Of a stretch of DNA of 64,000 nt, positions 48,830-62,300 are shown piece by piece; positions within the stretch are counted from its first letter, which is position 1, and each line of letters opens with the position of its first letter. Source of the stretch: Octopus sinensis. Lineage: Eukaryota. The notes beneath the pieces are model-generated. The model saw only the letters and a program-made list of their open reading frames with translations, was not told the DNA's origin and searched no databases. The position numbers were made by a program, and so were the translations under genes. Location: assembly GCF_006345805.1 (NCBI RefSeq), contig NC_043016.1, positions 11,098,001 through 11,162,000 on the forward strand, in the 5' to 3' direction.

Positions 48830-49595
48830 GTCTAGCTAATGAGCTATAATAGATTTTAATTGTAGTCGACTGGTACTTTATTTTTATCAACATTACATGG
48901 ATGAAAGGCAAAATTGACCTCAGTGTACTTTGCTTGGACTTTATTTTATCACCTTCAGATGGATGAAATGAAAGAATGAACTCAACAAGATTTGAAATCA
49001 GATTGTAAAGTGCCAGTCGTGGCACTCCGTCGGTTATGTCAATGAGGGTTCCAGTTGATCTGATCAACGGAATAGCCTGCTCGTGAAATTAACGTGCAAG
49101 TGGCTGAGCACTCCACAGACACAATGTAGTTCTCGGGGAGATTCAGCATGACACAGAGTGTGACAAGACTGGCCCTTTGAAATACAGGTACAACAGAAAC
49201 AAGAAGAAAGAGTGAGAGAAAGTTGTGGTGAAAGTGCACAGCTAGGTTCGCCACCACCCCTGCTGGAGATTCATAGAGCTTTAGGTGTTTTCACTCAATA
49301 CACACTCACAACAGCTGGTCTGGGAATCGAACTGCAATCCCACAAGTGCGAGTCCACAACTCTAACCACTGGGCCATTGCGCCTCCACAAAGTGTCAGCA
49401 GATAAAACAACAAAGCATTTTCTTTGACATTTTCACGATTCAGAGTAGTCTCCCTTTTGAAATGTTATTCATTTCTCCTTTAGGTACAAGGCTCGAAATT
49501 TTGGGGGAGGGGACCAGTCGATTAGATCGACCCCAGTACACAACTGGCATTTAATTTATCGACCCCGAAAGGATGAAAGGCGAAGTTGACCATTT
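48830..49595. mobile_element. Cluster of SINE fragments (B-type pieces, internal-domain piece 49010-49195, tRNA head on minus at 49320-49385)
   Basis: GGAATCGAAC..CTCTAACCACTGGGCCATTGCGCCT is a reverse-complement tRNA-like head; GACCCCAG..TTTATCGACCCCGAAAGGATGAAAGG. Confidence 0.6.
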
Positions 49596-49711
49596 ACTCA
49601 TATTTTTTTTTTACCTCAATTCATTATCATATCTAGTTAGTTTAGTGGGAGATTTTAAGCTTGTTACCCATAGAGAAAGAGCTGGTTTCTAACTTAGATT
49701 CAAGGCCCTTT

Positions 49712-50107
49712 CTATGTATGTATGTCCGTACGTACGTATGTATGCATGTATGTATGTATGTAGTTATGTATGTATGTATGTATGAATGTATGTATGTATG
49801 TATGTATGTGTATGTATGTATGTATTATGTATGTATGTATGTATGAATGTATGTATGTATGTATGTATGTATGTGTGTGTGTGTGTATGTATGTATGTGT
49901 ATGTATGTATGTATGTATGTGTGTGTGTATGTATACGTGTATGTATGTACGTATGTATGCATGTATGTGAGTATGTATGTATGTATGTATGATGTGGTAT
50001 GTATGTATGTATGTATGTATGTATGTATGTATGTATTTATGTATGTATGTATGTATGTATGTATGATGTGGTATGTATGTATGTATATATGTATGTATGT
50101 ATGTATT

Positions 50108-50138
<31 letters not shown>

Positions 50139-50233
50139 GTATGTATGTATGTATGTATGTATGTATGGATGGATGTATGTATGTATGTATGTATGTATGT
50201 GGGTATGTATGTATGATGTGATATGTATGTATG

Positions 50234-50265
<32 letters not shown>

Positions 50266-51011
50266 TGTATGTACGTATATGTATGTATGTAGGTTTTGTA
50301 TGTATGGATGTATGTATGGATGGATGTATGTCTGTATGGATGGATGTATGTATGTATGTATGTATGTATGTACGTATGTATGTATGTATGTATGTATGTA
50401 TGTATGTATGTATGTATGTACGTATGTATGTACGTATGTATGTATTATGTATGTATGTATGTATGTATGTATGTATGTATGTGTGTATGTATGTGGGTAT
50501 GTATGTATGTTTGTATGTATGTATTACGTATGTATGTGTGTGGGTATGTATGTATGTACGTATGTATGTATGTATGTATGTACGTATGTATGTATGTATT
50601 ATGTATGTATGTATGTATGTATGTATGTATGTATGTACGTATGTATGTATTATGTATGTATGTATGTATGTATGTATGTATGTATGTATGTGAGTATGTA
50701 TGTATGTATGTGGGTATGTATGTATGTATGTATTAAGTATGTATATATGTATGTATGTATGTGGGTATGTATGTATGTTTGTATGTATGTATGTGTATGT
50801 ATGTATGTATGTTTGTATGTATGTATGTGTATGTATGTATGTATGTACGTATGTATGTGTGTGGATGTATGTATGTATGTATGTATTTATGTATGTATGC
50901 ATGTATGTATGTATGTATGTATGTATGTACGTACATATGTATGCATGTATGTATGTATGTAGTTATGTATGTATGTATGTATGTATGTATGTATGCATGT
51001 ATATATTTATG

Positions 51012-51045
<34 letters not shown>

Positions 51046-51095
51046 TGTATGTATGTATGTATGTATTAGTATGTCTGTATGTGTGTATGTATGTA
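49712..51095. repeat. ~1.4-kb (TATG)n microsatellite
   Basis: Read directly. Confidence 0.97.
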
Positions 51096-51097
51096 TA

Positions 51098-51250
51098 GGT
51101 GCAGGCATGGCTGTGTGGTAAGAAGTTTGCTTCCCAACCAAGTGATCTTGTGTTCAGTCCCACTGTGTAGTACCTTGAATAAGTGTCTTCCACTTTAGCC
51201 CCAGGCCAACCAAAGCCTTGAGAGTGGATCTGGTAGTCGGGAACTGAAAC
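51098..51250 (+). mobile_element. SINE family A, 5' part
   Basis: GGTGCAGGCATGGCTGTGTGGTAAG..GTTCAGTCCCAC. Confidence 0.75.
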
Positions 51251-51343
51251 TTCTTGTGTGTCACAGTGTATTACCAAACCAACTATCTGACAAACCGGGG
51301 ACTGGAAGTGTTCCAAATTTCTGGAGAAAGCCTAAATATAAAA

Positions 51344-51739
51344 TCTTTATATATAAAAGTGAGGTTGTGTGCTGTCTGTCTCCTATGATTTAGATTCCTA
51401 ACTACTCCCACATTTTGCGTTGCAGTTTAACCAAAACCGGGTATCTTATAGTCGTGATTCATATCGAGCCCTTCTGGGTATTAGTGCGCGTCTACGATGA
51501 GTCTACGATTTTAAAAATAATTTACCATAATTTTTTTTCCATTTTAATGCATTTTTTCGCTATTATATAAGGGAAGTAACTCTCTAAAAAGTCTACGATG
51601 AGTCAACGATTTAAAAAAAAATTTACCATAAATGCATTTTTTTTGCTATTTTTTTTGCTATTTTTTGCTATAACTCTCTAAAAATGCTTATATAGTTATT
51701 TCCCTTACAAACCCGAGCAACGCTGGGCGATACTGCTAG
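51344..51739 (+). mobile_element. Non-autonomous Helitron, same family as 34644-35030
   Basis: A|TCTTTATATATAAAAGTGAGG...GCGATACTGCTAG|T. Confidence 0.88.
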
Positions 51740-51918
51740 TATAAAATAAACTATAAAAGATAAACAAATTGTATTTAACATTGAAATCAACACACTTTTG
51801 AAAAGCAGTTTGATATTCATTAATTCACTTCAAATTTAAAAATGTATTCTACTGCTCTGTGTATATACAGTATAATGTTTTTAGGATGAAAATTGAATGA
51901 AGAAAAATAAAGAACATA

Positions 51919-52332
51919 GGCGCAGGAGTGGCTGTGTGGTAAGTAGCTTGCTAACCAACCACATGGTTCCAGGTTCAGTCCCACTGCATGGCATCTTGGG
52001 CAAGTTTCTTCTGCTATATAGCCCCCGGGGCCGACCAAAGCTTGTGAGTGGATTTGGTAGACGGAAACTGAAAGAAGCCCGTCGTATATATGTATTATAT
52101 ATATAATATGTGTGTGTGTGTATGTTTGTGTGTCTGTGTTTGTCCCCCTAGCATTGCTTGACAAACCGATGCTGGTGTGTTTTTATGTCCCCGTCACTTA
52201 GCGGTTCGGCAAAAAGAGACCGATAGAATAAGTACTGGGCTTACAAAAAATAGTCCCGGGGTCGAATTGCTTGACTAAAGGCGGTGCTGCAGCATGGCCT
52301 CAGTCAAATGACTGAAACAAGGAAAAGAGAGT
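51919..52332 (+). mobile_element. Full-length SINE family A
   Basis: Complete head to tail; AACAT on both flanks. Confidence 0.92.
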
Positions 52333-52570
52333 AACATGATTTTATTTAACAGATACAGGTACAAATTAATACACTTCTAGAGCAGGATCTGTTTGATATC
52401 TAATAAAATTCTTCAAATTTATCATATTTTATCATGATTGCAATATAATGTTTATAGAATGAAAATTAAATGAAGAAAAGTAACAGATACAGGTACAAAT
52501 TAACACATTTCTAAAATAGAGTTATTTTTGATATTTATCAATCCACTTAAAATTCTAAAAATATATCATA

Positions 52571-52962
52571 CTAACAGTATCGCCTGGCGTTGCTCAGGTT
52601 TGTGTATTGACCCTTTAGAATTGGAATTTTTGAAAAGTAAAAATTTTGCATTATGTAGCTTGTTATTCTCTTTAAGTGAACATTTTTCTGGTTGAAATAC
52701 ACCGAAAAATGGTGACAGGGCAGTCAAAAAATTGTAAAAAATAGGGATTTTCATAGAAAAAAAGCACCTTTTTGATGTAAATAATTTTTGGTGTTAACAT
52801 AGTCCGATTTGAATTTTTTCTTCTATGGAAGGAAGAGCAAGCCTTCTTCTATCATACTCTCAATTTTGGTCAACTTGCACAGCAGAGTCTCGGAAGAGAT
52901 AGTGTTAGTTGAAGGCTACCAAACCTGCCATACACAGACAACTTCAGCTTTATATAGAGAGA
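52571..52962 (-). mobile_element. Non-autonomous Helitron (different internal sequence)
   Basis: Minus strand A|TCTCTCTATATAAAGCTGAAGTTG...CCTGAGCAACGCCAGGCGATACTGTTAG|T. Confidence 0.8.
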
Positions 52963-53044
52963 TTGTACTATTTATAGATTATAATGTTTATAGGATGAAA
53001 ATTAAACAAAAATGTAAAGAACATGATTTTATTTAAACAGATAC

Positions 53045-53222
53045 TCTTTACTCTCTTTTACTCTTTTACTTGTTTCAGTCATTTGACTGCAGCCATGCTG
53101 TAGCATCACCTTTAGTCGAGGACTTATTCTTTGGAAGCCTAGTACTTCTTCTATCAGACTCTTTTGCCAAGCCACTAAGTTACGGGGATGTAAACACACC
53201 ACCATCAGTTGTCAAGCGATGT
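53045..53222 (-). mobile_element. SINE family A 3' part, followed by (GAT/GGT)n to ~53500
   Basis: TACTCTTTTACTTGTTTCAGTCATTTGACTGC. Confidence 0.8.
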
Positions 53223-53721
53223 TGGAGATGTGCTAGTGGTGGTGGTGCTTGTTACTGTGATGATGACGATGATGATGATGATGATGATGGTGATGATGAT
53301 TGATGATGATGGTGATGGTGGTGGTGGTGGTGGTGATGGTGGTGGTGGCAGGAGTGGCGATGACAATGACAATCATGATGATGGGGGGGAGGAGGAAGAC
53401 GACGATGACAATGACAATGATGATGATGATGAAGATGATGGTAGTGGTGGTAGTGGTGGTGGTGGTGGTGGTGGTGGTGGTGGTGATGATGATGATGACT
53501 ACCTTAAAGTGGCAGTGTCATTCTGAAATCTTTAATCTCACTTTGAAGTAAATTTCACTCACTTAGAATTACAAAATGCTGTGAACAGTGGTTGTCTTAA
53601 TTATAACAAAACAAAACAAAAAATTGTATGCGACTGAAACTACAGACCGTTTTTAGATTGAGCATTGAGCATTCCTAACCACTATTGCACTTGATGTCAA
53701 AACAATTATACAAAAAAAATT

Positions 53722-54138
53722 AGCAGGAGTGGCTGTGTGGTAAGTAGTTTGCTAACCAACCACATGGTTCCGGGTTCAGTCCCACTGCGTGGCATCTTAG
53801 GCAAGTGTCTTCTGCTATAGCCCCGGGCTGACCAATGCCTTGTGAGTGGATTTGGTAGACAGAAACTGAAAGAAGCCTGTCGTATATATGTATATGTATA
53901 TATATGTATGTGTGTATATATGTTTGTGTGTCTGTGTTTGTCCCCCTAGCATTGCTTGACATCCGATGCTGGTGTGTTTACGTCCCCGTCACTTAGCGGT
54001 TCGGCAAAAAGAGACCGATAGAATAAGTACTGGGCTTACAAAGAATAAGTCCCGGGGTCGATTTGCTCGACTAAAAGGCGGTGCTCCAGCATGGCCACAG
54101 TCAAATGACTGAAACAAGTAAAAGAGTAAAAGAGTAAA
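53722..54138 (+). mobile_element. Full-length SINE family A
   Basis: Complete head to tail with (AAAAGAGT) end. Confidence 0.92.
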
Positions 54139-54270
54139 CCAAAACAATGAATGATTCAAGGGATGTCTTATAAAAAATCAAGAATATGATCTTACTGTGA
54201 GAGTTTTGTTTATTTTTGTAAATTTCTATGTTTTTTATAAAGTTTTGCATACATACATCTAATCGATTTG

Positions 54271-54780
54271 GGTAAAGACCCCTTTCAGTCATGAATGACC
54301 ATGGGATTGCACCTAAAAGGTTTCCCTCCAAGGAACAAGTCCAGGCAAGGTTTTTTATGGAAGACCAGCAGTCGCCCATGCATACCTATTTCTTTATTAC
54401 CCACAAGGGGCTAAACACAGAGAGGACAAACAAGGACAGACATAGGTATTAAGTCGATTACATCGACCCCAGTGCGCGCATAACTGGTACTTTATTTATT
54501 GACCCCGAAAGGATGAAAGGCAAAGTCGACCTCGGCGGAATTTGAACTCAGAACATAACGGCAGACGAAATACCACTAAGCATTTTGCCCCACATGCTAA
54601 CGTTTCTGCCAGCTCGCTGCCATACATACCGGCCTCCCCTCTCCATGCCACTGATGTTATCCAAGGGAAAGGCAAAGGGGCTGATACAGCTTGGTTCCAA
54701 TGACATTGTGACTCATTTCTACAGCTGAGTGAACTGGACCTCAGGAACACAACACACAGCCCAGTTCAGAAATATATATA

Positions 54781-54849
<69 letters not shown>

Positions 54850-55215
54850 GTGTATGTATGTATACAGGGTAAAGGGTAAAGACCTCATTCAGTCATGAAT
54901 GACCATGGGATTGCACCTAGAAAGTTACCCTCTGAGACACAAGTCCGGGCAAGGTTGTTTTATAGAAGACCAGCAGTCACCCATGCATACCAGCCCTCTC
55001 TTCTCCACACCACCGATGTTATCCAAGGGAAAGGCAAAGACTGATACAGCTTGGCACCAGTGATGTCACAACTCATTTCTACAACTGAGTGAACTGGAAC
55101 AACATGAAATAAAGTGTCTTGCTCAAGAGCACAACACACAATTTTGTCCGAGGTTCCAACTCACTTTCTCATGATTGTGAACCTGACACTCTTACCACTG
55201 AGTCATGCACCTTCA
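54271..55215 (-). mobile_element. Two copies of SINE family E separated by (TG)n; the first carries a nested SINE B (54387-54620)
   Basis: GTAAAGACC..GTCATGAATGACCATGGGATTGCACCTA at 54272 and 54875; nested SINE flanked by CATGCATACC/CATACATACC. Confidence 0.8.
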
Positions 55216-57343
55216 CTACTTTTTCACCTCTCATTATTAAGAGCCCCTTCATTCCTTTGGAGTAGATTTTAACTTTCATCCTTTCAGAGTCTATGAAATA
55301 AGAACCATTCAAGTACTGGGCTTAATGTAATTGACAAACCCCAACCCCTCAAAAAACAAAACAAAAACAAGAAAAAGAACTGCTGGCCCTGTGCCAAAAT
55401 TTGAAATTAAATTAAAGAGTCCCTCCCTTCAGCAAGATACAGCAGTATTAATAATATAACATCAACACTTAGTCACAAAATCTTTCAGAGTCTCCATATG
55501 AGCACTTGATTAGCTAGAAATAGCAACCAAATCCTCTTTCAGTCATCACAGACTACTATCATTAAAAATAAAAAAAAAAGGACACATTAGATGATGTAGT
55601 CCGAGATAAACTATGTCAGAAAAGATTAATTAGTCAATGGTTGGCGTGTCTTTGATCATAGGTCAACTTGACCACTGCTAACTTTGAGAATTAAAACAAC
55701 AGCAGAAACAATGTTTGTAGGCAGACATTAATAAAAATAACTATAAAACAGAGTTTGTTTATGCCCCACCCTTGGCTTACATTTGCAATTTAAAACTTAA
55801 GAGTGAAATATAAAAAAAAAATATTTGTTCAAAGGAATTTTTCTGTAAACAAAATGTTAATTGCAAATATCGTTATGATTTAAAAGTTCTCATAAACTGC
55901 AGCTACTTTCTTCTTTTTGTTTTCCTTATTTAATTTTGTGGTTTTTCTGTCTTTCAAGTTTTCCGAGTTTTGAAGAACATTAAACATTTTCAAATTAACA
56001 ACTGATGCCAAGCAAATTCAGTTTTGAATCACTACTCAAAAATGCGACACACGACATCAATCATATTTTTTAAAAATTATTTTTTTAAATAACAAAAAAT
56101 ATCCATGAAGATTTTCCTTTAAATTTTAATGTAAAGCAGACTCATAGCATTTTTCTGTGAGAATTTTACAATGAAAACAAAATTTAAAATGATAAATTTT
56201 TAAACTAAAAGCTCTAAATGCAATTGTGGACATCCTTTTGAACAAATTCTTGTAAAAAAAAAAAAATAAAAGATAAATAAAAAATACTTCCGGTATTTAT
56301 TTTCCATATTTTCTGGTAAATTGTTTGATTTTTTTAAAATTTAATTTTTTAAAAAATGTTTAGTCTTGAGAATATTATAAAATAAAATTAAATGTCAGAT
56401 GTTAATATCATCATTAGTAACATTGAAAAAAAAAATCATTGAAAAAAAATATTTTTAAGAAACCAGAAGAGTAAAAATACTTGGTAGGAGTCTAGATAAC
56501 TGTTTGGTTGGGTTCAGTTTTATTGTTACCATGTGTCTTACGATTATTGTAGTTTAAGCCCCAGGACAATTGTTTAATCCCAAGGTAGCGATAAAGAAGA
56601 CCTAATGATCAAAAATGATTCTGGTTTTCTTTGTTACATGTTGTTGTTATTTAGATTAAGGTTATGCTTAAATGAGTATTTACTGCTTTACATCGTTTTT
56701 GTAGAAGCTTTTTTTCTTTTTTTTTTTCTTTTTTTGTACTCATGAGAGATTTAGGGATTAGGAGAGAACGACACTTTCAGATGCTTTCTGTTCATTGTGT
56801 CTGGTGTCTGTTCCATTCTGAGTTGCTGTCATTGACTTTATTTCTTGGTCTATATATATAAGCCACATTGTCATTCCTCTCTTGAGACTTTCTCTGTCAT
56901 AACAATAAATGTTCTATCTATGACCATCCATTCTAATTTTGAGGCATAATGTAGTGTTTAAGATTTAATTTTCCTATACATTGTTTTCTTTGTTAATTCA
57001 CAAGGGAAAAAAATAGTTCGATGGAGATTTAGCTACTAATTCTAGCTGGCCAAACAACTGTGCAAATGGACAAATCTTTTTTTTTTTTTTCTGGTTCAAT
57101 GTTTTCCAGAGTGAGGAGAGACAAGAAATCATAGGATTCTATGTAAAACAAAATCTGGGATTTTATGATATCAGGTATTTTAATAAAATTTAATAAAAAA
57201 TATATACATTTTCAAAATATGCTTGCTGTTACACACACACACACACACACACACACACCACAACTATATATATGTATGCATATATGTAAGTATACATATA
57301 TTTATATATACACATATGCACTCACATGTGTGTGTGTGCTTGT

Positions 57344-57379
<36 letters not shown>

Positions 57380-57809
57380 AAATTATATCTGGAAGCCAAG
57401 CTACTGGAATGTTTTATGTATTTTCAGAATTCAATTAATAGTTTTTAATTACATTTCCCTAATTAACCTAAATCCTTTTGATGTTTAGCTCTTTTTTTTT
57501 TATGAAGCTCAGCTTTTAAAGATTGGTGCTCAAGAAGTTAATTACATATCTATTTCCCCAACAATTATACAGGTCTAAATATGAATTTTTAGTCAGGTAC
57601 AAAGTTACCTGTAGATTTCACTTTAACTTGGTAAAGATTTTTTTTTTGTTTGTGGCGGTGGGGAGGGTTATTTTTAACAGTAAATGAAGGTGTGCCTGTG
57701 TGGTTAAGAAGCTTGTTTTACATCTATGTGGTTTTAGGTTCAGGTTCCATTATACAGCATCTTGGGCAGGTGTCCTCTGGGAACTGTTAGGAAGCCTGTC
57801 ATATATATA

Positions 57810-58445
57810 TATCATCATCATCATCATCATCATTTAACGTCTGTTTTCCATGTGAGCATGGGTTGGACAGTTTTGACTGAGGGCTGGCAACCAGATGGCT
57901 GCACCAGGCTCCAGTCTTGATCTGGCAGAGTTTCTACAGCTGGATGCCCTTCCTAATGCCAACCACTCCAAGAGTGTAGTGGGTGCTTTTTACATGCCAC
58001 CGGCACATATATATATATATATAGGTGGAGTGCCACCTGCACGCATATATATATAGGCAGAGTGGCTGTGTGGTAAGTAGTTTGCTTACCAATCACGGGG
58101 TTCTGGGTTCAGTCCCACTGCGTGGCACTTTGGGCAAGTGTCTTCTACCACAGCCTAGGGCCGACCAAAGCCTTGCGAGTGGATTTGGTAGATGGAAACT
58201 GAAAGAAGCCTGTCGTATATATGTATATGTGTGTGTATGTCTGTGTTTGATCCTCCAGCATCGCTTGACAACTGATGATGGTGTGTTTACATCCCCGTAA
58301 CTTAGCAGTTTGGCAAAAGTGACTGATAGAATAAGTACTAGGCTTACAAAGAATAAGTCCCGGGGTCGATTTGTTCGACTAAAGGTGGTGCTCCAGCATG
58401 GCCACAGTCAAATGACTGAAGCAAAAAAAAGAAAAGAGTAAAAGA
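57810..58445. mobile_element. Family C repeat (minus, 57810-58005) and full SINE family A (plus, 58056-58445)
   Basis: Matches 13388-13570 and 53722-54138 respectively. Confidence 0.85.
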
Positions 58446-59112
58446 ATATATATGCACACACACACACATACACACATATATATACATATATATAACCACA
58501 CATATATATATATTCACATATTCTCACATATATAAAGTATCCTTTTTTAAAACCTTCATATTCTTCTCAACCTCTCAGTTCCCATTCTCTTTATCTGCAT
58601 AAATTAACTTTTCCCCTCAATTTATTATCACAACCTTTTTTCCAATAACATTCTCTTTTATATCCTCTTTAGAATCCCCTTCTCTCCATTCTACAATAAT
58701 CACAACTTCCATATATCATTTCTTAATCATTTCATTCTCCTCCTCTCTTCCTTTTTACTTATTCTCTCCTGCTCAACTGCTTTTTCTAACTTTTCCTCAA
58801 CCGACACCAGTTCCAATTTTTTTGGTCTCATTCACTACACACACTTTCTCCCCCATTTCTCCCCATTTTTTTCTGCTTCCACACCTCCCTTTCAACTTTA
58901 CCACATTCACATTCCACTCCACTCACCCCCAGCCAGACACATGTACCCCCACGTGACTCACCACCCCTATGATCAAATATTTATACTGATACTTACGTTT
59001 ATATGCACACAACTTTCCATCATTTCATGGTTTCTTAACACCTCCTGTAGAACTACGTTTCCACAAGACGCCAAACTTTTCCCCCATTTTCACCACAGTT
59101 TTCTTTCTTCTT

Positions 59113-59152
59113 TTTTTTTTGATGAGGAACTCCATGTCCAAAACGTCAAAGA
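59113..59152 (+). other. Degenerate hammerhead-like motif
   Basis: TTT-TTGATGA-GGA(ACTCCATG)TCC-AAAAC-GTC-AAAG; two core substitutions (C3, G12). Confidence 0.4.
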
Positions 59153-59358
59153 ACCAATTCCTTTTACATTTTTCTTTTCAAGAATGAAATGTGTAACATC
59201 TTCGTAAAAACTTGTTCTCATGTTGTGGGTTTCTTATTTTTATTTATTCATCATGTATGTTGGTGCCCTTGCATGGCATCAACCTAAAGTTTGAACATAT
59301 AAAAGATTAGAATACATGTGTGCGTGTGTGTCTTCGTACATCACCATAACTTGACAAC

Positions 59359-62300
59359 TGGCCACAGTCCAATGACTGAAACAAGTAAAAGATAAAAGAT
59401 ATACTGGGATTCATTTGTTCAACTAAAACCCTTCAAGGTGGTGCCCCAGCATGGCCACAGTCCAATGACTGAAACAAGTAAAAGATAAAAGATATACTGG
59501 GATTCATTTGTTCAACTAAAACCCTTCAAGGTGGTGCCCCAGCATGGCCACAGTCCAATGACTGAATCAAGTAAAAGATAAAAGATATACTGGGGTTGAT
59601 TTGTTCAACTAAAACCCTTCAAGGTGGTGCCCCAGCATGGCCACAGTCCAATGACTGAAACAAGTAAAAGATAAAAGATATACTGGGATTGATTTGTTCA
59701 ACTAAAACCCTTCAAGGTGGTGCCCCAACATGGCCACAGTCCAATGACTGAAACAAGTAAAAGATAAAAGATATACTGGGATTGATTTGTTCAACTAAAA
59801 TCCTTCAAGGTGGTGCCCCAGCATGGCCACAGTCCAATGACTGAAACAAGTAAAAGATAAAAGATATACTGAGATTGATTTGTTCAACTAAAACCCTTCA
59901 AGGTGGTGCCCCAGCATGGCCACAGTCCAATGACTGAAACAAGTAAAAGATAAAAGATATACTGAGATTGATTGTTCAACTAAAACCTTCAAGGTGGTGC
60001 CCCAGCATGGCCACAGTCCAATGACTGAAACAAGTAAAAGATAAAAGATATACTGGGATTCATTTGTTCAACTAAAACCCTTCAAGGTGGTGCCCCAGCA
60101 TGGCCACAGTCCAATGACTGAAACAAGTAAAAGATAAAAGATATACTGGGATTGATTTGTTCAACTAAAACCCTTCAAGGTGGTGCCCCAGCATGGCCAC
60201 AGTCCAATGACTGAACAAGTAAAAGATAAAAGATATACTGGGATGATTTGTTCAACTAAAACCCTTCAAGGTGGTGCCCCAGCATGGCCACAGTCCAATG
60301 ACTGAAACAAGAAAAAGATAAAAGATATACTGGGATTGATTGTTCAACTAAAACCCTTCAAGGTGGTGCCCCAGCATGGCCACAGTCCAATGACTGAAAC
60401 AAGTAAAAGATAAAAGATATACTGGATTGATTGTGTTCAACTAAAACCCTTCAAGGTGGTGCCCCAGCATGGCCACAGTCCAATGACTGAAACAAGTAAA
60501 AGATAAAAGATATACTGAGATTGATTTGTTCAACTAAAACCCTTCAAGGTGGTGCCCCAGCATGCCACAGTCCAATGACTGAAACAAGTAAAAGATAAAA
60601 GATATACTGGGATTGATTTGTTCAATAAAACCCTTCAAGGTGGTGCCCCAGCATGGCCACAGTCCAATGACTGAAACAAGTAAAAGATAAAAGATATACT
60701 GGGATTCATTTGTTCAACTAAAACCCTTCAAGGTGGTTGCCCCAGCATGGCCACAGTCCAATGACTGAAACAAGTAAAAGATAAAAGATATACTGGGATT
60801 GATTTGTTCAACTAAAACCCTTCAAGGTGGTGCCCCAGCATGGCCACAGTCCAATGACTGAAACAAGTAAAAGATAAAAGATATACTGGGATTGATTTGT
60901 TCAAATAAAACCCTTCAAGGTGGTGCCCCAGCACATGGCCACAGTCCAATGACTGAAACAAGTAAAAGATAAAAGATATACTGGGATTGATTTGTTCAAC
61001 TAAAACCCTTCAAGGTGGTGCCCCAGCATGGCCACAGTCCAATGACTGAAACAAGTAAAAGATAAAAGATATACTGGGATTGATGTTCAACTAAAACCCT
61101 TCAAGGTGGTGCCCCAGCATGGCCACAGTCCAATGACTGAAACAAGTAAAAGATAAAAGATATACTGGGATTGATTTGTTCAACTAAAACCCTACAAGGT
61201 GGTGCCCCAGCATGGCCACAGTCCAATGACTGAAACAAGTAAAAGATAAAAGATATACTGAGATTGATTTGTTCAACTAAAACCCTTCAAGGTGGTGCCC
61301 CAGCATGGCCACAGTCCAATGACTGAAACAAGTAAAAGATAAAAGATATACTGAGATTGATTTGTTCAACTAAAACCCTTCAAGGTGGTGCCCCAGCATG
61401 GCCACAGTCCAATGACTGAAACAAGTAAAAGATAAAAGATATACTGGGATTGATTTGTTCAACTAAAACCCTTCAAGGTGGTGCCCCAGCATGGCCACAG
61501 TCCAATGACTGAAACAAGTAAAAGATAAAAGATATACTGAGATTGATTTGTTCAACTAAAACCCTTCAAGGTGGTGCCCCAGCATGGCCACAGTCCAATG
61601 ACTGAAACAAGTAAAAGATAAAAGATATACTGGGATTGATTTGTTCAACTAAAACCCTTCAAGGTGGTGCCCCAGCATGGCCACAGTCCAATGACTGAAA
61701 CAAGTAAAGATAAAAGATATACTGAGATTGATTTGTTCAACTAAAACCCTTCAAGGTGGTGCCCCAGCATGGCCACAGTCCAATGACTGAAACAAGTAAA
61801 AGATAAAAGATATACTGAGATTGATTTGTTCAACTAAAACCCTTCAAGGTGGTGCCCCAGCATGGCCACAGTCCAATGACTGAAACAAGTAAAAGATAAA
61901 GATATACTGGGATTGATTTGTTCAACTAAAACCCTACAAGGTGGTGCCCCAGCATGGCCACAGTCCAATGACTAAAACAAGTAAAAGATAAAAGATATAC
62001 TGCGGTTGATTTGTTCAACTAAAAAACCTTCATGGTGGTGCCCCAGCATGGCCACAGTCCAATGACTAAAACAAGTAAAAGATAAAAGATATACTGCGGT
62101 TGATTTGTTCAACTAAAAACCTTCAAGGTGGTGCCCCAGCATGGCCACAGTCCAATGACTAAAACAAGTAAAAGATAAAAGATATACTGCGGTTGATTTG
62201 TTCAACTAAAAAACCTTCATGGTGGTGCCCCAGCATGGCCACAGTCCAATGACTAAAACAAGTAAAAGATAAAAGATATACTGCGGTTGATTTGTTCAAC

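Noticed and set aside
48700-48830. Possible host exon (TTTTCCTGCAG acceptor; short open frame on minus)
   Set aside because: The plus frame stops within ~11 codons, there is no recognisable domain and no partner exons were found.
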